Positions 54,069 through 64,000 of a stretch of 64,000 nt of DNA are shown here, in pieces (the stretch's first letter is position 1; the number at the start of each line of letters is the position of its first letter). The stretch is from positions 1-64,000 of the IMG/VR virus record IMGVR_UViG_3300017528_000567; one strand, 5' to 3'. Below the pieces are notes generated by a model. It was given only the letters and a program-made list of their open reading frames with translations. It did not search any database and was not told the origin of the DNA. Made by a program: the position numbers and the translations under genes.

Positions 54069-56567
54069 TTAGATGACTAGAGCGTCTGCCTCCACAGTGG
54101 CTTCACCCGCTAGCTCGAAGTCCGGGGTATGGAGCTCAGCTTCACCTGCTAGCAAGAGGCCCACAACTGTAGTGTTCGAAGGCCCTGGGGGTGGGAATGG
54201 AGTCAGGTTGTCCGCGACAATAAAAGCCCCGGGCTTCGTCCAGACTAGGTTCCCGTTGTTCGCATCGGAGCCCACAGCGGTAGCACTCTCTACTTGGACG
54301 CTGCTCGATGAAGGGACCGTCACAATCAAGAAGTTTCCGTTGTTCGCAGGATTGGCGGCTTTCGTGATGGTCAAGATCTGACCCCTGTCAAGATTGCTCA
54401 TCCCCGAAAGCCCTGTGACCGTCATCAACCCACCCGCGACAGCGCCGAGACTGGCGGATGTCCCATCCACCTCGAAGAGTTTCCAGGGCATGCCGTTCAA
54501 CAGAGACACTCGGCCAGGGGGCCATATTCGTGTAACCGTGAGCGATGCCCAATCGTCTGTCGGCCGGGGCACGGTGTCTTCGAGCGGGAACTCGCTCGAG
54601 CCCATGCCAAGATCAAACCGGGCCTCCACAAGACGAGGGAAGGCCGCCCATAGGACCCAGTCAGCCGAGTTGATAACGCTGACTATGGGCGTCGGAACCA
54701 GGTTGAGCCCATGGGTAAGCAATGCACGCGGATCGAGCGGCTGCGGCGGGTGATATTCATCATAGGCCCGCGTACAGACGTCGACTTGGTCAACTTCAAT
54801 GATCGAATTCGCCGCGGAGTTTTCCAGAGCGGGTGAGAAAAAGACGAGCCCGTTATGGATGCCGTACAGACCATACAAAACCTCACCGGAGAATTCCGGC
54901 ACTGGGATCTGAGTCTGTAGAAGGTTCCCCACATACTGAAAGCTATCGGTGTTCGGGACCACGGGGGCATGGGTCAGAGAGACGACCCCGCTAAGGACGG
55001 TGAGCCGATAGTGGCGCGCATGTACCAGTTCTTCGCCCAAGACAAGGGCAATGGACCTAGCCGGATCGGGGTCGGACTGCTCAATAGTGATGGACGTGAT
55101 CGCAACCGGGGTCCCGTTGGAGTCCGTTAAGATGTACTCCGCGAGGTCAGCGAACGAATCAGGGAGCATTGGCTCGGAGAAGACCGCTCGAACACGAGTC
55201 GGCCCAGTGGCCACGGCGTAGAAAGAGGGCTCCACCAAGACGCCGGTGAACTGCGCACTGTTGAGCGCCGGGTCGAGTGGCTGACCAAGAAACCCGCGAG
55301 CCGCAGAAATCGTAACCGTGTAAAGAATGGCCGCCAGAGGCTCGGTGTGGAGGACGACCGACTGCGCAGTCTCCAGCACTATGAAGTCAACGACCAGGGG
55401 CGGCGTAATCGAGTAATTCGCTATCGACAGCAGCAGCGGAAACCCAGGATCGAACATCGCTGTGTAGCGGATGCGAACCTGAGTGGAAGACAAAACCGTA
55501 GCCGATTCGATACCGTAGCTCTGAAGAGAGCTGCCGTATGGGCTTCCCCCGTAGCTATCGACACCGTACGCGCCAACAAATGTTCCGTCTGCGGCGAGCT
55601 CAGAGCTACCAACGATGTCAACCGAGGCTTGTACTCTTGCGTAGTTCGAGACTGCCCCGAGGGTCGAGTCGCCGTGGATCGCAGCAGCCGAACTCGCAGC
55701 GACGGTAGCGGTCGCTCCCATCGTGGCCAGACCGTCGGCCAATACAATGTTGCCTAGCCCCGCGGCAGCCGTCGCAGTTAGCGCAGATGAACCAGCAAGG
55801 CTCGCTACTGCATTGACCCTTGGAGTCGCCGTCAAAGTAGACGAGCCCGCGAGCCCCGCGGTGTTCACCTGACGCAGGCCCGCCACAGCGGTCAGTGACG
55901 ACGCGCCCGCCAGATCTGCATCGATGGCCCCATTGAGGGCGGTCATTGACGACTCGCCAGCCAAGTCTGCTTCTGCCGTAAGCGCACCGGTAACGGTGAC
56001 CGTCAACGTGGAGTCGCCGGGTAGCTCAAGGCCGGCGCTGCCCTGCTGGTTACCTAAAGCCGTCATCGAGGACTGGCCAGCTAAGTCCGCAGTAACGGCC
56101 AAATTGAGGGCGGTCATTGATGACTCGCCCGCCAGGTTCGCTACTCCCTGGACATCAACAATAACCGTCAAACTAGCTTCGCCTGTCAGCTCCGCAGTGG
56201 CATCACGCTGCCTGACAGGCGGCAAGACGACCGACACCATCGAAGACGCAGTGAGGGCCGACTGACGTGGGTATGTGGCGGTTGCATCGGCGGTCTGAAC
56301 CGCCGCCCCAGCAACAGTCACAGTCGTTGTGAAAGAGACGCCGGGCTCACCGGTCAGCGTCGAAGCGCCATCAAGATACGCCTCGGGGAGGCTTCCTGTG
56401 GCATCCAGGGTCGACTCTCCAGCGAGAGTCGCTATGGGACCAATAATGGCCTCAGCGGCTAGAATCGCTGCGCCGGCTTGAGTCGAGCTCACAGCGTAGG
56501 TCGCGCTCGCATCTGCGCCTAATGTCGCCTCTCCATCCAGATTTGCTGAAATGTCTACGATCGCCAT
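54069..56567 (-). CDS. structural protein with LAGxSxLxA repeats and Ig-like domains
   Basis: About 17 imperfect AxLxGxSxLxA repeats in the N-terminal ~330 aa, then Big-like domains. Confidence 0.75.
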   Translation of the reverse strand: MAIVDISANLDGEATLGADASATYAVSSTQAGAAILAAEAIIGPIATLAGESTLDATGSLPEAYLDGASTLTGEPGVSFTTTVTVAGAAVQTADATATYPRQSALTASSMVSVVLPPVRQRDATAELTGEASLTVIVDVQGVANLAGESSMTALNLAVTADLAGQSSMTALGNQQGSAGLELPGDSTLTVTVTGALTAEADLAGESSMTALNGAIDADLAGASSLTAVAGLRQVNTAGLAGSSTLTATPRVNAVASLAGSSALTATAAAGLGNIVLADGLATMGATATVAASSAAAIHGDSTLGAVSNYARVQASVDIVGSSELAADGTFVGAYGVDSYGGSPYGSSLQSYGIESATVLSSTQVRIRYTAMFDPGFPLLLSIANYSITPPLVVDFIVLETAQSVVLHTEPLAAILYTVTISAARGFLGQPLDPALNSAQFTGVLVEPSFYAVATGPTRVRAVFSEPMLPDSFADLAEYILTDSNGTPVAITSITIEQSDPDPARSIALVLGEELVHARHYRLTVLSGVVSLTHAPVVPNTDSFQYVGNLLQTQIPVPEFSGEVLYGLYGIHNGLVFFSPALENSAANSIIEVDQVDVCTRAYDEYHPPQPLDPRALLTHGLNLVPTPIVSVINSADWVLWAAFPRLVEARFDLGMGSSEFPLEDTVPRPTDDWASLTVTRIWPPGRVSLLNGMPWKLFEVDGTSASLGAVAGGLMTVTGLSGMSNLDRGQILTITKAANPANNGNFLIVTVPSSSSVQVESATAVGSDANNGNLVWTKPGAFIVADNLTPFPPPGPSNTTVVGLLLAGEAELHTPDFELAGEATVEADALVI

Positions 56568-56580
56568 GGGCTCACTCTAG

Positions 56581-59500
56581 CTAAACATCGATGAAGATTT
56601 GAATCGAGTTAGTCCCTGGGTCTCGCACAAGTATGTAGTCGTGATAGGCGCCGTCGTAGAAATCGAACCGGATGCCCCCGACGGTTTGCCCATTGTTGAG
56701 ATCTACGGCGAGCACATACCGCTCGCCTATAGGCGTGGTCACGAAGGCCAGGCCGACCGTCACACCCGGCGATGAGAAGCCCACCCTCACCTGGCTGTCT
56801 CCCAGGCCAAGACTTGAGTCCTGCACCAAACGTAAGCGAAACTTTACTTCTGTGCGTAGTGAGATCGCGTCTGGAAGCGGGGTGTTGTTGCGGAAGAGAG
56901 TACGTGTGCCAACAGCGTCGGTGCCGTAGGTAAGGATGCCACCAGAGGTTGTGGCAAATTGGTGCGGCGCTGTGCTCTGCTTGGTAGTAACGGAATAGAC
57001 CGCTGCCAAAGTGGTCGGCGGGGCGGGCGTTAGAATCAGTTGCGTTGCCGCCACGGAAACCACGCGGTAGTTCCCCTTCGCCGCGGTGTTCTCGATCTCG
57101 ACTAGGTCTCCAGCTTGCACCCCGTCCGATATAAAGCTGGCGCTGAGATCAATCAGCGACGCCGCGCTACTAGAGAGGGCCGCTATGCCTGTTGCGATCT
57201 CCGTGGAGCGCGACCATGGAGTAGACGCTGTTGCGTCGTTCTCAGGAATGACCGAGCCGTCGTACGAAAGGCAAATCTCCTTCTGAAAGGTTATGTCGCC
57301 AAAAGTGGGCTGGGACTCATCGTCAAACGGGGCGATGAGATCTGGTGCCCCCGTCGAGGTCTCAATGACCTGCAGGCTGTTGTACAGCACATCATCCGGC
57401 ACGAGGATCTCGACCCGCTGCGCCGCCGAATTCAGCGCGAAGTTATGAGCATTGAGAACCATGGCTGGGCTACCAATCCCTGCCAGCGGGACCAAAACCG
57501 GCATGGGGGAACGGACCTCGTACGTCTGCGTCGACGGCACCAACGGAGTGCGATCGTTCAGCAGGGTAAACGCGATGAGGTTCGGGTCCCGCAGAAGGTC
57601 GGGCTCCGTCTGTGGAGGGATACCCTCTGACTCCGACCAAAAATTCGTGTGGTGATGGGGGATGTTCGTTCGATGGTGCTCGAACGAGGCCATGATGTTC
57701 CGCTGATTCAGGACTTGGTGATGCGGAACAATGCCGAGCTCGGAGATCGAGCGCACGGCGCCCAATTTCACGAAGTTCCAAGACGTCTGCGACAGGTTTG
57801 TCGGGTCAAATGCTCCCCAAGTCACCGATGGCAAGCCACTCGAGATAGCGCGTGGGATCCCCGCCGAGCTCGGGGGCAAAGCCGTATTGCTGTAGTCCGC
57901 ATGGATCAGGACCTCGGGAGTGTCGTCGAGAAGAACCGAGACACCGCCGCTCGGGTCCTTAACGATCCTATAGCGGTGAGGTAGCGACCAATTGGTCTCC
58001 GTCACCGTTCGATAGGTCACCTCTGCCGGCTGCTCCGGAAAGATGCCCGTGACCGTTAGTTTCGTATTATCAAACCCGGGGGCCACACTTTGAACCGTGT
58101 AGACTCCCTTGTTAGCCCCATCGTCGATAATCAGCTGGTCGCCGATCACGACACCGCTCGCCACAAAGTTGGCAGTCATGTCCGTGAGCACGTTGCCGTT
58201 TACCGCCGCATCACGGCCAGCTGCAGACACAGGAAGGTGATAGCCAGTGAGCGAGCTCGGATCGTAGCCCTTCCAAATCCCACAGTACTTGCGAGCTGGG
58301 TCACCCGTCCGCCAGTAATTCGAGTACGCCCACACCGCCACGGACCTCGCCTGCATGCTCAGGGGCGTGGATGAGCCAAACGAAGCCATGCCTGTCAACG
58401 ATGAAGGCGCGACCGTGTGAAAAGCACTGTATGGAATCGAGCCTACGAAGGCCCCATCAACGAACAACGACACAAGATTACCGCTCGTAGACTTCGCGAG
58501 TCGATACGTGTGAAAGTCGCCAAACCAATTGAACGCAAACCGTCCGCCGACAACCGGCGCACCATCAGAGTGGAGCTCCACATACCGCAGGCTCGAAACC
58601 TCGATGAGCTGGACACCGACGGCCTTGAGGCTATCGTACACAGAAGACATCACGCCAACGAACCCGACCACATCCGGCGTATAGCTCAGGACATTGACCC
58701 GGAACTCCAGCATGTAGTCGTTCAGGTTGCCGATGACGCGACCCGGATTCGAGACCAGCAGGTTGTCGGGAAGTGAATAGACCAGGCCATCCGTGGTGCT
58801 GGCGTCAGAGATTTGGAGGTGCTGCCCAACCATCACCGCGCTCTGCGTCCCCGTGGCAGCCCACGCATACGGAGCGAAGGCTGGAGGCAGCGAGCGTCCA
58901 CCGTAACTGAACTTCGGGTAGGCCGTGTCGGAGAGGAAACTGAGCTGAATTAGGCGGTCGCCGTCGTCAATCGCCGCCATCACGGCATTTGGCGTGATCC
59001 CGTGCGTGTGGGTACGGATCGCAACGTCGATATCTAGAATGGTATCGTACGACTCCGACAGAAGCGGTTCGATGCGCGCGAAGCCTCGGAAGTCTCCGCT
59101 GACTAACCCCGCAGCACTCGCGGAAGGGAGGTCTGTGGCACTTGTGGAGTCGAGCAGCAGGTGCGTCCCGCCGATGATCGTCTCAGTCCCGTGGAACCCG
59201 ACGGGGGTCCAGGGCTGGGGGTCTGATTCTGGCGGGGTGCTGCCCTCATACGTCACATAGACAGACGGCGCGGCTTGCAGCGGATTCGTCGGGATCGCCG
59301 TATACCGCACGAAGCTCCACACGGAGGAGTTCTCTGCCTCGCGCGACAGGGAACCCCAAAACGGCCCTTGCAACCCGGTAAAGGGTGCGTTCAGTTCCGA
59401 CAGATACGGCAACTGATCCGATGGAACGCGCAGAGTCGCCACGATCGATCCATCCACATAGACGCTGACTATGCCGGCGCGGTCTCTGAAAATCCGATAG

Positions 59501-61674
59501 CCACGCAAGATGGCCCAATCCAGATCGGCGGCCTCACCAGTGGCGTCGCCCATGGTGTCGAGCCCACCGGTCCATGCGTCCGGAGAAGACGGGTCGTTGC
59601 CAAATCCTCGCCGAAGAATACCGAACTGCGGGCCGCTGCCGGAATTCAGGAAGCCGACGACCACCGCCGTTTCTTGGTCGGCGTATCCAGCCGCCACACC
59701 GGTGAACACGCCCTCCTGTGTGGGCACCGCGTCGATTCGCATGCGCCACGCGATCGCAAAAACGTGCTCAAAGGTGAGGTCGACCGTCCTGGTCCAGAAT
59801 AGCCCCTGGCCGGTTGGCGATGGCCCCGTAGTGTTATCCGTAACCACAAGGTCCGTGCCGGACACAACAGCCTGTCCGGCGCCGTGACGTACCCACGGGT
59901 CTGGGGCGAGCTCGGGCAGCGTCGTGCCCTGGTAGTTGATGAAGATCGTCTCGAGCGTACGCGAGAGCGGCGGAAAGGCGATGCGATGGTTCGGCGAGTT
60001 CAGGAGCAGCAGGTTTGGATCGTTCAGCGCTACGGAATAGGCCCGCTCGTACGCGCGATACTTGAGGTCCCTCTGCTGCGGCTGGTCGACCATTGCCAGG
60101 AGATCAACCGGGTCGATCCGGTAAGTGCCGCCAGTCAGGCTCAAAACCGGCGCGTCCAAGATCAACATCGTGTCGCTGAAAACCGTGTCGATCTGCCGGC
60201 GCAGCCCCGCATTTGGTCCGCTCGTGATGGTAACGTACGACGCGGTGTTGATCGTCGTCAGGAATAGAGCGGACGCATCGCTAAGCGTAACGTTCGTGGG
60301 GAATGTGGCCGTCCCGGTCAGTTCGGAGCTCAACACCACGAAGTTCTCAGGCCGAATCAACGTGTTGTTGTAACGGTACTTGTGCCCCGAAGAATCCGTC
60401 GGCCTACCGAGGTCCCGGTTCCAATTGTTGAGCCGGAACTCCTTCGAGTTCAGACGCCGGATATCCACCACGGGGTTTTGAATCCACGAATAATCGACCA
60501 ACACAGTGTCAGACGGGTCAGGCACCGTGGAGAGCACCACCTGACCCAGCAGACCGATCACCGCCTCGGGCGTGACCTCCACGTCGTTGATCGTAACCGC
60601 AACGTCACGAGGGTCATCCGCGATCATCCCCGCACGAGGGTCGACCAGCTCCCACACAATGCTTCCGTTGGCTGCATCCGGGATCGTGAAACTGGCCCGC
60701 ACTTTCGCCACGGTCGCCGACACAATCGACGTGATCCGGTAGGTGCCAGCATTAGCAGTACCGCTCAACCGGAGGTATAGCCCAATCACGCTCGCGGACA
60801 GCGACGCCCCCGGCACAGTGATCTGAACCGCTGTGTTGATCGAACCGGTAGCGCCACTCTGAAGCACGAGCTCTGGTTTGCTGATTGGCCCGTGGTCCGT
60901 GAAGATCGAGCGTGAAGCTAGCGCCGGGCTGCCAGAGAAAAGGGCCTGGTTGAAGACCGGGTCAATGGGGTTGCCAGCGAGGTCATGCGGCGTGCCAACG
61001 GCATTGACCGCGACAATGTAGGAGCCCGTCGACAGCCCAACCGTGTTGAGCAAAACCTGGTTCGCCGCAACGGTCAGAACGCTCGTCACCCGAACCGCAC
61101 TCGGCCCCGTGATCGAGTACTCTGCCGGGGACAGTAGCGCTGCGTCGATCCGCATCGCCTCCGAAAAAGTCACCAAAACCTGGCCCTCGTCGAACTGCTC
61201 GACAGTGGTCACCTTGGGTTTCGAGGAGGAAGCCGTGAAGGTCCACGCTGCTGCGTATGGCGCCCCGCCAAGGAACTCGCTCAAGCCACTGACACGAAGG
61301 GCGTACAAACTGCCATCGGTCGGCTTATTGATCTCGAGTCGGACCTGGATGACCGAAGAGCGGACACTAGCCTCTAACGCTCGCTTCGGGCCGCCGAGCC
61401 CACTCAACTCAGAGCCACCCTCCATGTGCGCGGGCGGGGCAATCAACATCCCATCGGCACCGAGCGAAGACGAGCCAAACATGAAGCTCGTGCTCGGCGA
61501 AACCGCTGCCAGCATCACTGTCACGGGCGGCAAAACTGTGACTGCCCGCACCATAACAGGCACCCCGCCATCAAGGGGCCGCAGCACATAGTTCGCCGCA
61601 TCCAGCACCCCCTGTGGATCCAGAAGGGTCTCGAACGTCACGACGACATAGTTCTCTTGGCTGATTGCCGACAT
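56581..61674 (-). CDS. large baseplate/tail structural protein with Ig-like and lectin-like beta domains
   Basis: 1697 aa; VTFSEAM..D.A...AEYSI Ig-like repeats. Confidence 0.75.
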   Translation of the reverse strand: MSAISQENYVVVTFETLLDPQGVLDAANYVLRPLDGGVPVMVRAVTVLPPVTVMLAAVSPSTSFMFGSSSLGADGMLIAPPAHMEGGSELSGLGGPKRALEASVRSSVIQVRLEINKPTDGSLYALRVSGLSEFLGGAPYAAAWTFTASSSKPKVTTVEQFDEGQVLVTFSEAMRIDAALLSPAEYSITGPSAVRVTSVLTVAANQVLLNTVGLSTGSYIVAVNAVGTPHDLAGNPIDPVFNQALFSGSPALASRSIFTDHGPISKPELVLQSGATGSINTAVQITVPGASLSASVIGLYLRLSGTANAGTYRITSIVSATVAKVRASFTIPDAANGSIVWELVDPRAGMIADDPRDVAVTINDVEVTPEAVIGLLGQVVLSTVPDPSDTVLVDYSWIQNPVVDIRRLNSKEFRLNNWNRDLGRPTDSSGHKYRYNNTLIRPENFVVLSSELTGTATFPTNVTLSDASALFLTTINTASYVTITSGPNAGLRRQIDTVFSDTMLILDAPVLSLTGGTYRIDPVDLLAMVDQPQQRDLKYRAYERAYSVALNDPNLLLLNSPNHRIAFPPLSRTLETIFINYQGTTLPELAPDPWVRHGAGQAVVSGTDLVVTDNTTGPSPTGQGLFWTRTVDLTFEHVFAIAWRMRIDAVPTQEGVFTGVAAGYADQETAVVVGFLNSGSGPQFGILRRGFGNDPSSPDAWTGGLDTMGDATGEAADLDWAILRGYRIFRDRAGIVSVYVDGSIVATLRVPSDQLPYLSELNAPFTGLQGPFWGSLSREAENSSVWSFVRYTAIPTNPLQAAPSVYVTYEGSTPPESDPQPWTPVGFHGTETIIGGTHLLLDSTSATDLPSASAAGLVSGDFRGFARIEPLLSESYDTILDIDVAIRTHTHGITPNAVMAAIDDGDRLIQLSFLSDTAYPKFSYGGRSLPPAFAPYAWAATGTQSAVMVGQHLQISDASTTDGLVYSLPDNLLVSNPGRVIGNLNDYMLEFRVNVLSYTPDVVGFVGVMSSVYDSLKAVGVQLIEVSSLRYVELHSDGAPVVGGRFAFNWFGDFHTYRLAKSTSGNLVSLFVDGAFVGSIPYSAFHTVAPSSLTGMASFGSSTPLSMQARSVAVWAYSNYWRTGDPARKYCGIWKGYDPSSLTGYHLPVSAAGRDAAVNGNVLTDMTANFVASGVVIGDQLIIDDGANKGVYTVQSVAPGFDNTKLTVTGIFPEQPAEVTYRTVTETNWSLPHRYRIVKDPSGGVSVLLDDTPEVLIHADYSNTALPPSSAGIPRAISSGLPSVTWGAFDPTNLSQTSWNFVKLGAVRSISELGIVPHHQVLNQRNIMASFEHHRTNIPHHHTNFWSESEGIPPQTEPDLLRDPNLIAFTLLNDRTPLVPSTQTYEVRSPMPVLVPLAGIGSPAMVLNAHNFALNSAAQRVEILVPDDVLYNSLQVIETSTGAPDLIAPFDDESQPTFGDITFQKEICLSYDGSVIPENDATASTPWSRSTEIATGIAALSSSAASLIDLSASFISDGVQAGDLVEIENTAAKGNYRVVSVAATQLILTPAPPTTLAAVYSVTTKQSTAPHQFATTSGGILTYGTDAVGTRTLFRNNTPLPDAISLRTEVKFRLRLVQDSSLGLGDSQVRVGFSSPGVTVGLAFVTTPIGERYVLAVDLNNGQTVGGIRFDFYDGAYHDYILVRDPGTNSIQIFIDV

Positions 61675-61699
61675 TGGTTCTCGCTACAGCTCAGACCCC

Positions 61700-62536
61700 T
61701 TAGAAGTCGTCGCTATGATCCTCTCCGACCACCCGACGGTTGACCTTCCGCCCCAACCGATCCCTGTCCTTGATGCCAGCCCAGTATGACCTGAAGTCAT
61801 CATAGTGATAGATGCCCAGCCTCCACCGCATGGTGTCGAGAATCTGATGGAACGGGTCCTCCGGATGATTCGGGTCCGGCGGAGGGAACACCTCATCCGT
61901 GAAAATGTAGCGGAGCCTGTACAGCGTGTGGGCGGGCCGAACCAAGTCGAGCAGCTGCCGGATAGCTGTGTCCGCCGCAAAGACGTCAGGAGGAAAGCCG
62001 CCCCCCGGAACCGCGAGGTGATCGATGTTGAAACCAAACTGATCCGAGATGTCTAGGCCGCTGGCGCCCTGCCGCACCAGCAAGAACATCTCTGTCACCG
62101 TAACATCACCACTAACGAACAGCTCAACCACGTCCGACATGGACTCCGGGACAGAGCCCTGGAAGTAGATGCGTATCAGGTTGAGAAAAAAGTCCCGGAA
62201 CTCTCGGTCACTGAAACCGAGGTCGGGTATCTTGCTGTTGACCAACACCAGGTAGCCGATCACCGACCACAGAAAGTCCGAGCGGGTCCGGTTGAAATCG
62301 AAGTCGAACGAGACATCCTCCAAGCCGAGCTCGAGCCGAGCCAACTCGACGGCGACCGCTTTCAGGGCCTGCGTATAGTTTGGCCCCTGCACGGCTGACA
62401 CATAGTTCGACGGCAGCAGGTTGAGCAATGTTGTGAAGATCGTCTGGGATCGCTGCATCAAGCGCAGCGAGTATTCCTTGCCCTTCTGCTCGATGGTGCT
62501 GTTTAGGCGACCTGGGTCGTAGACAAATCTAGCCAT
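61700..62536 (-). CDS. baseplate wedge protein (P2 gpI/DUF2313-like)
   Basis: LLNLLPSNY...LVRPAHTLY; directly downstream of the baseplate J-like gene. Confidence 0.7.
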   Translation of the reverse strand: MARFVYDPGRLNSTIEQKGKEYSLRLMQRSQTIFTTLLNLLPSNYVSAVQGPNYTQALKAVAVELARLELGLEDVSFDFDFNRTRSDFLWSVIGYLVLVNSKIPDLGFSDREFRDFFLNLIRIYFQGSVPESMSDVVELFVSGDVTVTEMFLLVRQGASGLDISDQFGFNIDHLAVPGGGFPPDVFAADTAIRQLLDLVRPAHTLYRLRYIFTDEVFPPPDPNHPEDPFHQILDTMRWRLGIYHYDDFRSYWAGIKDRDRLGRKVNRRVVGEDHSDDF

Positions 62537-63999
62537 CAGCCCTCCGTAAATTCTCGGTAGGTGACGGTTAGGACGCCTAGGTCGATGACCTCCATCGCAG
62601 ACACCGAAATATCGTGAGATCCCTTGTCACCACGGATGATGTAGCTCACCGCGTATGCGTGATTCGTGGGGCTGTCAGGCGGGACCCCCGACCCGAGCAA
62701 GGACACCACCACGTGATTGGCAGTCAGCCGCAGTCGCTCCGCTTCGTATTGGTTGGGCAGAAACCCCTGGCCAGCCAAAGTTGCATCATCCGAATACCCA
62801 GCGATGATGGCGCCACCTGCCCCAATGATAAATGCCTGCCTCGCAGCCGTGCAGACGGAGGTCAAGTCAAGGGACATGAGCATCACAATGTCGTCCTGGA
62901 ACACGCCCTTGTGCTCCGTGTCGAGCCCCCCACCATCAGTCGTCGGAAACTCAAGCGGATTGGTCAGGATGTACCCGAGGTTCCCGCCATTATCCAACGA
63001 GTCAACACGCCTGTAGGTCGACAGCACGTCTTCCCGCAGCTTCTGGCTTCCATCCGCGTAGGCCATCTTTGCCATGGGCAGAACGTTGAACTGCACTCCG
63101 CTGCTATTATCGATGGCCGAATCCACATTGGACTGCGCCACTCCTTGCCCGATGAGCTTCTTGTTCAGGTCAAGCGAGACGTTGTTCCGCAGGATGGGAT
63201 CCGTCGAATCCTTCGACGCACCACGGGCAAGCTGGACGGTCGTTTCGATATCGATGTCATTCAGGATCGCCTGCTTTGCGAGCACGTCCGCGGTCACATG
63301 CCGCTTGTTGTCGAGGATGATCTGCAGCTGCTGCAGCAGATCGTTGATCACGTAGGTGACCGTGAAGTTCTCGTCATGGAAGTAGTCGACCGACACCTCC
63401 TGGCCGCTCGCAATAGCTGACGCCGCCGTGCGAACGATTTTAGCCGGAGTAGTCGGGGTCCCCGCGACAATGTCAAAGTCCGGCGCCGCCGTTCCCGGAG
63501 GCTGATACTCGAAGGTGCGCTGCTCATTGAACACCCGGATCGTGGTCGTATTGGCCCCGATCGAATCCAGCGGCTCTTGCTCAAAACCGATCAAGACGTG
63601 GAGCTCATCGTTCACCGTGATCGACTCGCCACTCGGAACGTTCCCCGACGGCGTAATGGCTACGTAGTTCTTGGCGATCGTGCTTTCACCATCAAGCAAC
63701 GGATCATCTGTCTTGTAGAGCTTGTAGTGGACACCTTCCGTCAAGGATCCGCTCACCTCACCGACAACCGACACTACGCGTCGCACGGGCTGCAACGTCA
63801 TGTAGAGCTTGTTCTGCGCTTGGAAACGATAGTCCGCGATGACGTTGTCATCCAAGGTCGTGATGGGCTGCGGCACAGCGTTGTCGATCTGAAATGTATT
63901 GTAAGTCAGAATGGTCACGCCATTGAGGTCGTAGTCAGCGCCCAGCGTGACATTGCGCACCCCCAAGCCCTGGGGCGCGTTGTTCAAGATCTCGATCAG
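62536..63999 (-). CDS. baseplate J-like protein (C-terminal part; starts beyond the window)
   Basis: RHVTADVLAKQA...DIETTVQL...GVAQSNVDSAIDNSSGV; frame open to the window end. Confidence 0.75.
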   Translation of the reverse strand: MIEILNNAPQGLGVRNVTLGADYDLNGVTILTYNTFQIDNAVPQPITTLDDNVIADYRFQAQNKLYMTLQPVRRVVSVVGEVSGSLTEGVHYKLYKTDDPLLDGESTIAKNYVAITPSGNVPSGESITVNDELHVLIGFEQEPLDSIGANTTTIRVFNEQRTFEYQPPGTAAPDFDIVAGTPTTPAKIVRTAASAIASGQEVSVDYFHDENFTVTYVINDLLQQLQIILDNKRHVTADVLAKQAILNDIDIETTVQLARGASKDSTDPILRNNVSLDLNKKLIGQGVAQSNVDSAIDNSSGVQFNVLPMAKMAYADGSQKLREDVLSTYRRVDSLDNGGNLGYILTNPLEFPTTDGGGLDTEHKGVFQDDIVMLMSLDLTSVCTAARQAFIIGAGGAIIAGYSDDATLAGQGFLPNQYEAERLRLTANHVVVSLLGSGVPPDSPTNHAYAVSYIIRGDKGSHDISVSAMEVIDLGVLTVTYREFTEG

Positions 64000-64000
64000 C

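Noticed and set aside
1-64000. CRISPR array, tRNA or rRNA genes
   Set aside because: No regularly spaced repeat-spacer run and no cloverleaf with a TTC-arm in intergenic DNA was seen by eye; tRNAscan-SE and CRISPR finders should confirm.
1-64000. Genome-wide stop-codon reassignment (TAG)
   Set aside because: Many clear genes end in TAG (e.g. 338, 3429, 6586, 16116, 17239) and long conserved genes are uninterrupted under the standard code.
1-64000. Numerous long antisense or alternative-frame ORFs in the track (e.g. 371..781, 11551..12168, 16792..17349, 44330..44830)
   Set aside because: They are shadow ORFs overlapping well-supported genes in GC-rich DNA and have no motifs of their own.
42638-64000. 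Diversity-generating retroelement acting on tail genes
   Set aside because: No reverse transcriptase and no template/variable repeat pair with adenine-specific mismatches in the window.

Overview
This window looks like part of a large, GC-rich tailed bacteriophage genome (Caudoviricetes). A contractile tail is probable from the baseplate J-like and gpI-like genes. Myxobacterial-style Gly-rich linkers hint at a Myxococcota host, but that is inference. Layout: (i) 1-15.4 kb is a mixed-strand accessory region of small hypotheticals, a J-domain protein, HExxH metallopeptidases, genes sharing an N-terminal 'MRKIAN' module, and two paralogous Zn-ribbon/PD-(D/E)XK nucleases. (ii) 15.4-31 kb holds nucleotide and host-takeover enzymes: HD hydrolase, RlaP-like nucleotidyltransferase, DHH, macro, YspA/SLOG, YkgJ, DUF1848, ClpX, nitrilase and a 5'-nucleotidase. 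(iii) 31-42.6 kb holds a Ycf46-type AAA/DUF1257/DUF2997 triad and a replication operon (SNF2, DnaC-like, DnaB, stand-alone CHC2 Zn finger, PolA). (iv) 42.6-64 kb holds tail/baseplate genes interrupted by a membrane-anchored glycoside hydrolase and speD. Best new observations from the raw DNA: a ~4-kb nuclease cassette bracketed by 36-bp inverted repeats and a duplicated 33-bp palindrome that belongs to a dispersed, covarying hairpin family; two fixed-spacing promoter-like motifs (CTTGAAG-N13-GWTTGT-N9-start, 5 copies; YGGTGTAN-N8/9-start, 11 copies) implying leaderless mRNAs; and a modular N-terminal tag family with its own conserved upstream hairpin. I saw no tRNA, rRNA or CRISPR array. All family assignments come from motif recognition by eye, not database searches.
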